From Ylistrum balloti (Eukaryota), in assembly GCF_031769215.1 (NCBI RefSeq), contig NW_026782942.1, forward strand, positions 1-64,000: DNA of 64,000 bases, written 5' to 3'. The notes beneath the pieces were generated by a model, which made no database searches, had not been told where the DNA came from, and was given only the letters and a program-made list of their open reading frames with translations. A program made the position numbers and the translations under genes. Below, piece by piece: positions 38,201 to 53,200 of this stretch (positions within the stretch are counted from its first letter, which is position 1; each line of letters opens with the position of its first letter).

Positions 38201-41200
38201 AGTGTCCCACACAGTACTTTTCTGAAAAGTAATGGCTTTTTAAATGATTTTTGGCTGCATTTTTCAACATAAAAGAAACGTTTCTACTGAAATATTGTGA
38301 TATGTGGTAACAAAATGTTGGTTGGTACAATGCGCACACATAATTTTATTGGAATTGCCTCATGATAATGCACTAGAAGGAATTACATATAAGAAATCAA
38401 TTTCGAGACTTATTTTTCCGTATTTAAGCTTCTGATACCCATATCTGTTTATGGTTATCATATCTTGAAATTTCAAGTGGGGCCGATGCTAATGTCATAT
38501 TCCCAAATATGTTGACCCCACCTTTGAGGGAAATTCAACAGTTCTGAAAGTTCTTACATTAGTAGTCCACTGCAGAGAAGCCATGTCACCGTCCTGTCAA
38601 AAGGCACCTATAACCAGTTTGGAGAATAATTGAATTTTGGCGATTTGGAAGCCTCCTCGTAGCGGTCATATTGTTTACTCATGAAATGGGTTCTGTCAAT
38701 ATGCCAAACTATAACTGTAACTCAATTTGTTGGTGGGTTTGGATAAATTAGATCAATGATCTGACTGTTCGGGAACGTTGCACAAAGTGTACTGGCCGCA
38801 ACATATTCAATTAATCCCCAATCATTGTATCGGTCCTGAAGTCTTGATTCCCTGTCTTTTTTTTCTGTAATTCTTTGCAGAATGCATATTCTATAGACAT
38901 CTTGTGTTCCCTTTACTTAAAAGCTCTGTCATAGTCAGTATTGTTCCAATAAAACATCATTTTTCTTTTTTATTCAAACGAGCGTTTTGAAATATAGTTC
39001 TCATTATCATAGTCTGCTTTTAATTTTCATTGATATTCATGACTATTGAATAATTTAATTGAGATTCATATGTTGATGTAACCCTGACGGGGATAGTTTT
39101 AATTAACCATTATTGGTTTCATGGTTTAAATTATAAGAAAAAGAATAATAAAGTAACACAATAGTAGAAATCAAACAGATTTACAAATGATTAATTCTTA
39201 AATACTTTGATGTTATGCTTTTCGCTTTAAAAGTGTACTACGTAAACTTAAATAGAGCAAACTCTATTTGATTTATTGATTTACATTAAAACAATTACCC
39301 GGTTAATCCAAAAAATGCAGGATCATTGATTTATCAATGAAGTCAGATGTAAATGAACGTAAGTACTGGATATAAGTAGAATAACGTTATTTATGGATGT
39401 AATTCAGTATCACGAAAAAGGATTTGTTATGAATTTACGACTGTTTACAACAGTAAAAATGCGACATGCCTTCTGGCGTAGAAATATTCTTGCCAATTGT
39501 GTGATGTCCATATGTGATGGTCAGCGTCATTGTAGTTATTTATTTTGAAATGCAAGGTACTATTTGTTCTTATGTGCTCATTGCCTGAGCTATCACTTCA
39601 CATTTCAATAATCATGTTATATCTTGTTTCTTTTTCAACAAATACATCCTTTTACTAAAGGGGTGATATTTGACCGAGTAGAATGGCATATAACTGTATG
39701 GAGTAACAAGAGACCGAAATAAGTGATATGTCAATATTGGAGTGGCATGTGAGTGAACTGTGATGAATGTCTGCCAGGTTCATTCAAATGACCTTGAGCC
39801 ACATTCATTGTCACAAGGGTAAAAAAATATTGAAATATTCAAACATGAGCCCAGAGTAGTAATATTCACTGGAGTTGGGTTAAAATAAGTTTAACAAATA
39901 AATGCACATATTGTGTCATGGAATGATATTTGTGTAGTGGCAATATCGGGGAATGGCGTTTACAGTTCTTTATAACCTGCAGAACATATGAGTAATTCAG
40001 CCCTATAGATTTCTTTTATTTTTAGGAAAATAACCTTCCTCTAGTAAATCTTTATTGTCAGCAAATGTGTAGTCGTGCAGTGGTCTACGAATTCTAATAA
40101 CTGCTAGAGTGTGTGGTTTGAATCACATACTGGCGGAAACAACTGTTCATGTGAAAAATGTGCATATGTTGCTCAATTTTATTAACTAAAGCTCGAAACT
40201 TTACACAGGTAATTTATGTATGTCAGTGCTTGAGTTGCACGGGTAGTTTGTATGTCTTGCTCACGTCATCATGTTCACGTCCTTTTATCGGCCAACAGTC
40301 AATCACAAACACGATTGTCGCCTAACCTTTCTTGATCCAGAACGATGGGAATGCGCAAGACGAAGCTGATGCAATAACCATATCAATGGAGCTGGTTTTA
40401 AGTAAAAGCCAGATTGGTAATTGCTTATATACCTTGTTACATATTATACCCATGAACAGTTTTTTCCCGCCAGTATATGTTCATTTTCGCAAATGTTTCA
40501 CACTTTTTCGAAGTACAATAATACGCAGGTATAAAAAATGAATGTCTCTATGTCATTTTCATATTGTAAATACCTGTTAAAACACGGAGGATTAATATGA
40601 AAATTAGCTCAGCGGAGAGAACTTGAACGCGTGTTTTTGAATCAATTCCCAGGTGATGCAAAACGGAGACCAGCAAACTGATCTTCTACCGACAGACTCC
40701 ACACAAGACCCAATCTTTCCGCCTCAACTCAGAGTGAGTTCAACATTGCATACGTATTATAGGTTAACAGAAATTCTTTGTGTTGATAAAATCCAGAGGT
40801 CAATATTTCAAAGGATAGACCTCAACGAACGTCATAATAATCTGTAATTGCTGTAGCTTGAGTTCTATTATCATCATCGCAGCCTCTTTTCTTAAATCAC
40901 CGCATCACGTGTAAGGATATACTGGAATCAGCTCGTAAGTCCCTCTCCTATCTCCTATGCAAATATAAGATCTAGATATATCTCGTCATTAATGTCTCGC
41001 ATCTTTGTTTATATTCCTTAGAAATATTTCTTTTTGATTAATGCAGCTTTGTTGAAGAAAGGCATATCAAACATTAACCAGAAATTCAACAACTTTCATA
41101 AAAAATACACATAAAATAAATGTTTCCCGATGTTACTCTTTCCTATAGGGTACGATACTGCTTTCAGATTTCACGGCTGATTGCCATGAAAATTTACTCA

Positions 41201-44200
41201 AAACTTGATTCAATAAAGGACGAGATAAATCCACCTTTCCTTTTCAAGGCAGTATGCTGCAATTCCTAGCATAATTTCTGAAGAAAAACTTTTGATTTTG
41301 TGCTTCTTTTATGTAGAAAGTTTGTTATGCTGGGTTTAAAAATATCATATTATTTCTTCTGGCGGTCTCGATGTAGGAAGTGGTTTAATACCATCATATA
41401 GACTAAACTACGGCATCCTACGTTCAGAACTTACATAGAGTTTGATATTGTCTTCAGTCTTTCTGGACTATATTCAATACTACATTAAACACCATCGTAT
41501 CGACAATTTATGGATTCCCGATATAGAAAACGTCCTGAATCAGGCTGGATATCACTATATAGACTATTTTAAGTTTCCAAATGTAGATAATTTCATCCAC
41601 ACGGAAAGATACTGCCTTCAGTCTTTACTCTTCAGACATTTTCTTCCATGGTTTTAAATCTATAGTATCATAAAGACTTAGCTTCGCGAGGTGTGAAGCC
41701 TGGAATAGATTTGATCATTTGATTAAAAATTATGTAAACAGTTTTCTTCATTGAAAAAGCGTGATATGATATTATTAAACTCCTTGTAGCAACTATCCTA
41801 AATCGAGAGGCCTTGATAATTACAAAAATCAAGCTAGTATCAAATGCTTTGTATAACATCTGTTACATTAAAGGTTAGAATAGTCTGTATTATGGTATCA
41901 AAGATAATGAAAGGAAAGTTCCTACATTGAGAAGTGACAAAGTTTGGTTGTAAATTGAAGAGTTAAGCAAACCAAATATAGGGCAAATCCTGCACTGAAG
42001 TGGCATATAATCAGATCTAAGGACTTTTCTCTCAGGAAAAACACAGCATAGTATCAATCAGGCTTTAAAGGAAAGGATAGAATTTCCTTCTTGTTTGGAT
42101 TCGTGTCTCTGATAATTGCTCATGATGTGTGAATATGAATATGTTTTCTTGTTTGTTGAAATTATTACCGAAACTACGGCCAAGCTTGTAATAACAAAAT
42201 GTATTACCAATGTCCGTTGATTTTGTATCACTATTCTTTGTATCAAACTGTAGGCAACTGTGGCTTAAACAGAGTAATTGTAAATTTCTCCGTTTATTAA
42301 TTTACACGAAAGGATTTGAAGAGATAGTGTAAGCATATCGTTTCTCCCAATTCATTATATCCACCATTTACCTTTGATTATTGATAAGTCCAGGTTATTT
42401 ATTATGCAAGTTGTTGGTTTCCAGACGAGGGTATTTGATGATCAATACCTCTATTACAAAGGGGAGCGGTCAGTTTGGTACCGGCCAACTTCACTTGACC
42501 AACTGCTGGAACTCAAGGCCGTACATCCAACTGCACGACTTATCATCGGCAACACAGAAGTCGGTCAGTGAAATATTACCTGATCGTTTCTTTGGAATGA
42601 CGAGGTTTTAAGGTTCAGCCAAAATGTATAGGCTTAACATTTGCTTTTATTTTTTCCTAAAAACTAGACCCATTTTGTAAGTTACGGAGTCGTTTTGAAT
42701 GTTTTAAAAATATTTCATTCGTTTGAATTTCAGGAGTTGAAATAAAATTGAAAAACATGCATTACCCAGTAATGATTGCTGTAACTCACATACCAGAGCT
42801 ACAGCGTGTGGTCAGTAACGCTGATGGTATAACCATTGGAGCCTCGGTCACTCTAGCGCAACTCGATCAAACTCTCCGTGCCGCCATCAGCACCTTACCT
42901 GGTATGTTTATATGTACATCATGTTGGTAAATATGTTATGAATTCCTTCTGTGAATGGTGCTATTTCATAGACATGACAACCAATGAGCAACTACGGCGA
43001 CGTCCAGGAATCTTACTAAGAAAGAAGCATTTAGAGAGTTTTTTCCAAAATGATATGGTCCATACATGGACCTCACTCTTAAACTGGATGAATGTAAATT
43101 CAGAAAGGTGGTCATTGCTTGCATTTTGAAAATGTTTGATTGGCTTTTGCTGAGAAGGATTTTGTAATAAGTCAGAACGTTCACATGAAAGTTTTGTTTG
43201 GTCCGTATAGGCTCATAATAGCCATCGGTTCCATATCGTATTAAGGATTGTCATCTTACCTCATAATCATAATAATATAGATGTTTATTTGAAGACCTAG
43301 AGCAATCATTCTGACCCCTATGTCTCGTGTCGTCTATCTTCCACCATGTGTCATACATAAAGCGAAGTTAATTTACATTTTCGAAACATTTATCCATAGT
43401 CAGGAATAGTTCTATTGGAGAAACTAAAGGTATAAAATGTAATGACATTAAAGTAAAGATAATAATTTTATTCTATTCATGTGTCTTAATCATGCGTAAA
43501 AGGTTTAAATCTTAAATTTAACTAACTATAGTTAACTCATATTTGGTTCCATAAATGACTTGGACAATTGACATCCGTTAATAGTAACATCGTAATTGTG
43601 CATCATTGGATTGTTCGCACTTATTATCACATATGTATAGAAATGAGCTGTTTAAGTGGCGATATCCATTTTTCAAATTCAATGTACAGAGTGAGCTTAT
43701 ACCTTTTTCAAATTTATAACAATGACCACCTTGCAGTATTTCTATGTAATCAACGGTTGAATATTATATCACTGGACATCAGTATGAAACATTAACCTTT
43801 ACCAAGAGTTATTAAATATCATAAATCATTTAAAAACTTAATCATACACTTCGATTGGGAATAGGAATCCGACTTACTTTTACATCTTTCTTAAATGACG
43901 CCTGACCTTCCTTTATCACTTTTTAAATTTGAACTGTCACTTAATCTGGAGTATCTCATTCTGCAAAAGAACATCAACTGTATTCATTTCACTACGTGTT
44001 GAAAATATTAATCCACATAATAATAGTACAATGAATCTATTAATTGGTTATTGAACAAACGTTGTTTTTTAAATATACATAAAGGTACCTCTGTTCATTG
44101 TTCATATAGTGCAGAATATGGTGCTTTATTTGATATGTCAGAAGGAAACTTAAGCTTATGTGTGTTATATATTTGTAGAACATCAGACCGGTGTATTTCG

Positions 44201-47200
44201 AGCCATTGTGGAAATGTTACGCTGGTTCGCTGGTCACCAAATAAGGAATGTTGCTGTGGGTAAACTAAAGATATCTTTCATTATTTTGACTTGCTCTATT
44301 GAAGTGAATACTTCTCATTTATATCACTCAAAATAAACAAAACATATTTCATACAAATTATTTAATGGGCTATTCAGCATTATGAGTGACATAACTATAT
44401 TATACATTCTTGTTGACGATGTTTTACAGGCCATTGGTGGCAACATCATGACAGCGAGTCCGATCTCAGACCTGAATCCTCTTTTCATGGCAGCTGGTGT
44501 CATGTTACATGTGGCGTCTAAAGGTATGCACATTTGTAAGATGTTTCATATTTGTAAATATATGTTAATCTCCTACCTCATCAGAAATAACGGCGAATCA
44601 TTTTAAAACCAGTATGCTCGATTGAACCTAATGCATTTTAAGATCATTAAAAAATACCATTAATACTCTAACTATCGCAGTATTCTTGTTATCAATGTAA
44701 CAGACAAATATATTAGTATTTGTGTTAGGGACGTTTCATACACAATAGTTAGATATATCAATATCTGAGTCAGGGTTGCAACAGACATGATACTTAAATA
44801 TCGCATTATCTGTGTCCGGAATGTCAGGAATGTTAAAATAAAGCACTTGTGTTATGGATAAAACAGAAATTGATTACAAACATCAGTACCTGTGTCAAAA
44901 TTAAAGACAAAAAAATTAAATATCTTAGTATCTATGCCAGAGCAATTTCAAACAAATAGAATATCCCTTTTTCTTCGTTATAACATGACAAGTACTTTAG
45001 CTACAGCAACCAATAAACATACAAAAAACCTGAAATTATTCAATTTGTAAGCTACCAGACTTTATTATTAGTTAAAAAAGCTTTCGCTTGTAATCTATTA
45101 CATACAAGTTGCACAAACATATGTTATCAGTGATCAGGTAAATGAATTAAACGGATTTCTCGTGAGACGACATCAATTATCACCATATCTTACATTGCAT
45201 TGATAGTAACACACCCTTTTTCTGGTTACAAAAATATTGCTTCAAGAGGTAACGCCGGCAGAAGAAAATGATTTGTGGAAAAGTTTTGCATTATGACATT
45301 TAGCATTGCCCCAATTTCAAGACTCTACTCATGATTCTGGTCACGTAATAACAACGTAAACGAAGCAGGTTTTGTTACCGATTATTCTGTGTTCAGTCTA
45401 ATGAATAACGTTACATTTAATCTGGCCATCATCAATATTTCATCTGAGCCTATTGAAATGTACAGTTTAAAATTGTTTGACAACAAACACATAGCTATTC
45501 GGTATACAGTTAGAAAACTAGTTATTTTTTCGTGAGAATACAAAGAAGGAATAAGCGTCAACATGTTAAAAGATATAAAATAAATGTGAAAATATTTGTA
45601 TTGCAGTGGCTGTAAATGATATATGGATATATCATCATCATAATCATCATTGTATAGGGTGTATTGGTTTAGCAATTAAGTTCACCTTGTAGTTCAGGAG
45701 TATAACATAATCAAATTCAATCTGATATACACCGTGTTTAGAGACAGTTAAGGTTACTAGTGAACAGATATAGCAGTTGGTTCCATATCGTTTGAATTCT
45801 GATGTTCAGAAACCTCACCTCAGATAGTTGACCACTATTTGTGTCCTCGATCAATTTATCTCGTGTTCTGTGCAATTGGTCTATTCGAAGGTGGACCTAT
45901 CACCACCTGTTTATCTATAGCAAACGCATGTGATAACGTAGCGTAGTATTGATCTATATATTTATATATATATATAAATCTGTGCGTGTGTGTGTTAACC
46001 ATGGAATTAAAATTCTTATTCAGATTATAGCCGTTTGAAGTTATTTGTAAATATACATAAATAGTTGTATATCTGTAGCCTTAGTATTATGAAATCAGTG
46101 AGGAATGCATAAACATAAGTCTGCAGTGTACTGTATCCCAGTATATATCTGAGTTCGGAATTAATATACAAATAGCAATGTGATAGCTAGGCATTTGCTA
46201 CAGTAATATAAGATCACAGTATCTATGCCATAGATGTAACAGAAGTAATCGTTGCATATTTCAATATTTTTTGTTCGGTATGTTATACACAATGATACAG
46301 TATCAGTACCATGTGATACGCCTTCTGTAATAACGTTATTTCAGTATAAATTTATAGTTGAAATAATTTTGTTTTATTTTTAAGGTGTTGAAATACGGAC
46401 ATTAAAAATGGATGAAAACTTTTTTCTTGGATACCGTAAAACTGCAGTTGATTCCAGTGAAGTTCTAGTTTCATTGACGATACCTTATACACAGCAGGTA
46501 AGTTTATATACAAGTATTTTGAACAGAGTTATAGGAATTTGGGATAATATCACGTAAATGTATCAGATGAGTTCGCGTTTTGTAACTTGTTCTCACTTAT
46601 TTACACGTCTTGTCCATAGTTTATTTTTGTTGTCTGCCATCTTGCATGTATTTTGTTCTGAACAGAATTGGAAGACATTTTCTACAAGCATTTAGTATGA
46701 CCATATCTCGAAAAAATAAGTTTCGTTACCCACAGTCTCTTAATTGCCCTAGTTCATTTCACTCATTTTTTAATTGAAAATACTTTATTATTAACGTTCT
46801 TACAAGTTTGATTTCTCAACAGAATTTCATGCATTCTAAATTTGCATTTTAAGGTATTATACATCTATGTAATTCCCAGCATCAAAAATGTTATGGGTAT
46901 GATATCATAAGAAAAGACGAGCTATATGATATACACTACTGACATATTTATATGAACTGTTCTTAAGTACATTTACATCGCAGCTAGTGAAAAGTGACAG
47001 TGACATAACAGTTTCATCACAGATGATAGTTACAGTATATAACGCGTAACTAGACTAGCACGATAGTAACACGAAATTTAACAATGGCCATGGGAAATTG
47101 AAGGCCTTTACTTTACCCCAACATATTTTTCCACCATTGGGGTGCTGTGTGAGGGTGTGTTTGGAGGTGTGTGTGTTGTGGTGGATGTCATCGTATTTCC

Positions 47201-50200
47201 ATGGTAAAATGAACTGCAGTCCAATCAAAGATCATGGAATTATGTTACTTCGGTCTGGATGCATTCCACCATCTTGAAATATAGTGACAGGTATCTGGAC
47301 GTTGATGATACCTTATCGTAGATTTTTTATATGATTTTGGATCATTAGATAATATGTTATTTAGTTTGTAGTTATTAACTTAACAAACGGTAAGTTAAGG
47401 TGACATGGAATTGAAGGACATAAAGGATATATTTGCTATAATTTAGAAAAGCGTTAAAGTTTTCGCTTCCCAATGTTTTTTGCTGGTGCATACATTGTTT
47501 CCCATAGCTGCCTCGTCACGTCTTGTTTAAATTCAATGGCATCACCTTATATTGACTTCATCTATTTTATAAAGTTTGGTGAATTCAACTTTGACATACT
47601 TTACCTCAGATATGTTTCTGATTTGAGATTTAAATGACATAATTGAGATAATCAATGATTTTTTTCTATTAAAGGCCGATTAAACAACTAATTTGTATTT
47701 TCAGAATGAATACTTCTATGGCTACAAGCAAGCGTACAGGAGAGAAGATGATATTGCCATCGTAAACGCTGGAATTCGTGTTCTACTAGAGGACAGCACT
47801 ATCAGAGATATGAGTTTAGCGTTTGGTGGAATGGCCCCAACAACCGTGATGGCATTGAATGCTATGAAACAGACAATAGGCAGGTGAGATAATATATTCG
47901 TATGTTTCCATATAAAGCATTCTTGCCAACAACAATGTCACGGTAACACAGAATGCTTATCATGTAATATCCGTTTGTATAGAAACTAGATTGTAATAAT
48001 CGGAACATCTTATAAATATGGAAACTAAAATAACAGCTCTACCAAATCTCACGAAACCACCACAATATATGCTCCTTTTATCTATGTAATGTTGTAGCAA
48101 AATTTGAACTTTCTAGTTCAATTTAAAGTGAAGTTGTCGAAAGTGAAAATGTCGACACAAACATTTAGCAAAATTATTGGACATATTTAAAGCAAGATCA
48201 CGTTCATACTAAATGTAATAAAACATTATGATTATGTAGTTAGCGTCTGTTAAAAGAATATACTATTTGCTGAATAAAGTTTTGAATTAATTTCAGAAAT
48301 AAGTGTCTAAACTATATTGCTCGAATCATTCTTTTTTCACTGATGATTATCTTTATATATCTCATATTTGTTTACTTTTTGTTGTAGAAAATGGAACGAC
48401 TCTTTTCTCAATGATATGACTGGGCTGTTGGCAGATGATCTCCCATTGGCTGTTGGCTCACCAGGGGGCATGACAGAGTACCGCAGGACTCTCTGCGTTA
48501 GCTTTTTCTTCAAATTTTACCTCACTGTTCAACTCAGCCTTAACAAACAGGTACAACAGTCGCTTTTGATACCCGAAACAACTAATATTAAATATAATTT
48601 ACAATTTACGTTGATCTAATTTGTCAAGCCGAATTGATCAGTGTTAAACCACTTATAGCCGATTAGGGGGTTCATAAACTTGTACTTAAATTAAGTTGGA
48701 TGCCTTCAGAACTATTCTTAGCGCAAATTTAAGTAGCAAATATTAATAACCCAGCAATCCTCTTTGAGAATCTGAAATCACTATTAAATTTGACAGACAC
48801 ATATTTTGCTGCAAAAATGCCAGATGAAAGCATTTTAAAACTAAAAGGGTTGATCCCGATGTTATGCATAAACCGCTCCTGTTCCCAAATGTTCAAAACT
48901 TTCAGCATCAATTAAGAATTCTACATATCATACATAAAGAGAGAAGGAAAAAAAGAGCAAACAAACATCATAAAAAATTACTAAATCAAATATTGGCGGG
49001 ATCTAAGTTCTTGATATATTTCAGCCATGCGCTTGTCCAGATGTTTTCCCAGTAAGACTGTACCCAGTACTTGTGAAAACGCGAATGTTTATTGATTAAT
49101 CACTTGAACTGTGCTTTTCGTATGTCTGGTGACATTATCCAATATTGTTGCCATTTCTTGTCTCTTGAAACTCTAGCGGACTTACGTTTGATTCATTAGA
49201 TATTTTTATGAAACTCATACGAAAGAATGACGAAAATGCTTATTTGAAAAAAATATTGCTAAATAGCTTTCTCATAAAAAGGTGCATTCAGGGGATTACT
49301 GCAGATTTTCTCTCTTTTTTTTCTTGGTGTCAATTATTTCCTCATTTTAATAAAATCAAGCACGACATGACTTCATTTGCTATTATTTCATTTGAGAAAT
49401 AACAGTAAAAGATTTGATGTAGCGTTGCGATGACTTCTTCATCAGACAAATGAGCAGTACTAGCACTGACGTGCCCAGTGTACGAGATGGTAAGGAATCG
49501 ACCAACTTTCCCGGCTGTACTATAATCGTTTGTACACTCAAGTCGAAAAAACATACTGTAGCCAATTCAGTTTGGCTTGGTCATAGATGTGGGAGAGTCT
49601 GTGGTCCCCTCGTCCCTGTTTACTACTGGTCCGCTAAGGCGGATCGAGATAGCTTCCTTAATGCTTTGTATACCGTTGTCGACTATAGTCGACATAATTA
49701 TGATCTCCCTCTTCCCCGTTGTCGACAAACTATGTTGATGCTTTGCAAACATCTTTTATCAGCAGAAGTTTAAGGTCGTATCTCCCATTGATTATCTAGT
49801 AAAACATTATCATGGAATTCCAAAACAATGTTTTTGGCCTGTATATAGGTAATTTTTTCGCCATTGTACTGAAATGTTACACAAACCGCGAGATTTCCCG
49901 CGAAGTTGGCGGACACTACTAAAGGTTTTTAGAATAAAGATTGAGAAGAAATGGGGACGTCATGGATCTTAATATATTTAGCTATTACCGATCCTGATAT
50001 CTGCTATGATATATATTTTTAAGTTTAGGTTGTTCCATTACTGAAATGGCGTTGCTGACATGCCTGTTTCGTCGGGTTTACAAACGGACATATATATGTA
50101 TGCAGGACGCGAGACTTGTCGAAAGGTAGACTAGACTTTATGGTTAAAAACACTTTTATCTGCCTCCCATTACAAAATATTAACCTGACATAACAGATAA

Positions 50201-53200
50201 ACTCAGACAGAGCCATGAAACGAATGGTAGACAGTTCATATATTTGTATCGGGCAAAGAAGGACATGACAAAACGTCATGATATCGGTCACAATTCTCAC
50301 ATGAAAGACACCTAATGACAGGAATTCTATGTAAAAAACATAAAGTGAATATTCATTTGAAAATCATTTTCAAATGCAGCAACTGGACATATATTTCCAT
50401 ATTGAATTAAAATTAGAAGGATAAATGTGTTAGACTATTATCATATTGAATATTTCTACTACAAAATTTGCTATACTATAGGGTATGCAATAGCGTTGAG
50501 GTTTTTACAGATTACACATCATTCACTTCTAACACAAGGATACCATTGATTCTATTGTTATGGATTTTAAATAAAAGTGACAAAAAACCCATACTTTTGA
50601 TACTACTGCCACTGAATCTGGTTTATAGCACAAGCAGCGTCTGGAATTTATTGTTCAATTTGGTGAAAAAAAGAAAAAGAAAACTTATGATAATGTTCTA
50701 GTTTTGTGAAAGCTGATGACGAAGTGCATTTGTAAAACTAGAATACAAAAATAAACTTTTCTTCTCAAAATTAATAATTTGTAAATCGACACACCTTGTA
50801 TCTGAGCAGCTCTGTAGACCCTTGATTAGAGTTCGAATGTTGTGTTTTATTATATGCTTAAGTCTGTGAGTAGCAACTGAAAAATCTTTAATTATTACCA
50901 TATTGTACTTAATTAGAAATAAATTCCTCTCCTATTTAAACCTTTAGCTGCTCATCTAAGTAAATTTATTTTTACATCTATTTTATATCCCACGAATGCA
51001 TTTCACAGTTAGAGTGTAACTATCTATTCATAATATATTATTTACGGAAAGAATTAGGAATATATATTTTACAAACAAATAAGTGTATACTCAGTGATAT
51101 GACACAAACACAGAAAAAACTCACTATTTAAGAAATGTTTATTACAAGTTTCCTATCTCACATATTTGAAGCAAGTCTCTTTTTACAAATGATGGCGCAG
51201 ATTAAAACTGATACCACAAGAAGTATGTTGATTTACATTGCCAATTTATGTAGCCACATATATCATAAAACATAAATATCACTGAAAATGTGTATGTAAC
51301 AATTCCAAGTGTAAATTTAATGTTATTAGTTTTAATGGTACTGCTTTTCGTACAGATGCTAACATTGCACAAGAGATATTGTCTATGCATTGGCCATGAA
51401 TGTATGGCCGAAGAATCTAAAATAATAAAAGCTCGCACACTTTCCTTGATGAAAAGTAAACAATTTGGCACCTAATTTTCTATCCGAAAAGAAGATTCTT
51501 GTGAAAATTCTTATCTTTTCATTTTAATTTTGTCATTTATATGATAATTTCCAAAATGCACTAAACAGAAAATAAGCATGGTACGACAGGAATAAAAATA
51601 TTGACATACTTTCTAAAGTTGATCCCAATATCTAATGTCGTAACAATACAATGATTGTGAAAGCTGCACAACATGTCCTGGGAAGGTCAGTTGGATTCGA
51701 TCTCTCTCTCTCTCGTACATTTATGATACATATTTAATTAAGCTATATGTAGCACTAAACATGAGAAATTGATTGTGTAGTATCTTTATATTTCATATTC
51801 TAATGTTTAATAATGTGGCTATTCTTATTTCATAAATAAATATCTGTATGTTGAGTAGGTCACTTATGAAGTGGTTAAGCTTACTGACCAATCTTTTTGA
51901 CATTCTAATATAACAATGAAATATGTTTAAGATAAATCAGTCATTGCACCTTTGCACATTAGTTAAGCTCTTTATATAGACATTGTTGTAGAAATATTTT
52001 TGCTCAGCAACAACAAATTAGACTCCAAATAAAACGACACACGTCTGTGAAATATTTACAATGGCATATTATGTCAACGTCCTCTGACACATGACAAACA
52101 GTTGACATGAATATTGACAGCGTTCATAGCAACATATGTGTACTCGTTTGAATCCGATAGTGTTGCAATATTTTATCGTGTAAATTTATTTCCAATGTAC
52201 AGTGTAACGTTGTCCTTTATCAATCGTTACTCGATTGTTATTATAATGATATATCATTCAAACCTGCGATGGCCAACTGGTGCCTTACATGATATCAATT
52301 CATTGAACATTCCCACGTGTGTTGAAATTACAACAGTATCCAATTTTAATAAGAATTGGTACATGGGTTGAAAATATCACTACAAGAATATTTTATTTAC
52401 GTGACTGGAAAAATGCTCTAGAGAGGGAGATCGAAGCGTTGAAATTTCAACATAGATCACTTACTATATAGGTTTGAAATTATATGCTAACGAAGACGTT
52501 ACGACTGACCAAAGTTTTCTTTTTATATAGTTTTTATCTTTATACAAAACAGTCAAAATAGTTATACGATATATTTTTACTAACATGATCTAAATGGTGG
52601 ATCAATGAAGATGGATTTAGTTAAGAGTTAAATCAAGTTTATTTAAAATTCTTATTTTAGCACATAACAAACGGAAGTAAAGTGCCGTCCTCATATCGTA
52701 GTGCCACAGATTCGTTCCAAAAGGAGTCTATCAAAAGTGCTCAGATTTTTGAAGAAGTTGCTCCAGGCCAGCCTGTTGAGGATACACTGGGCCGCCCACT
52801 TAACCACCTGTCTGCATACAAGCAGGCAACGGGTGAGGCTATCTATGTTGATGACATACCACCCTACAAAGGTAAACCATCGTTTGTTGATGCAGAGGGT
52901 AACGGGTTACCATAGCGCGACATTAAGTATTTAGGAAGTGTGCTGCCTGATTGTGATATGAACAGATTCCAACTGCATTACTGTGTCTTGATTTCGTAAG
53001 GATATATGCTAACTTAATTGAGACAACATATATACGTTAGGTTACCGTCACATTTAGTCTGGTACACCTACCTTTCTGGTGACCTGGGTATTTGGTATCT
53101 GTGATACCATATTACTGTAGCATGAAGACAGTAATCGCATGTATGCTATATAATACTGTGCCACCATTCGATGTAAGTTTCTAAACCACCTATAAATCAA

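Noticed and set aside
41380-42300. Minus-strand KAFDT and other RT-like scraps
   Set aside because: Too fragmentary and out of order to assign to a LINE without a search.
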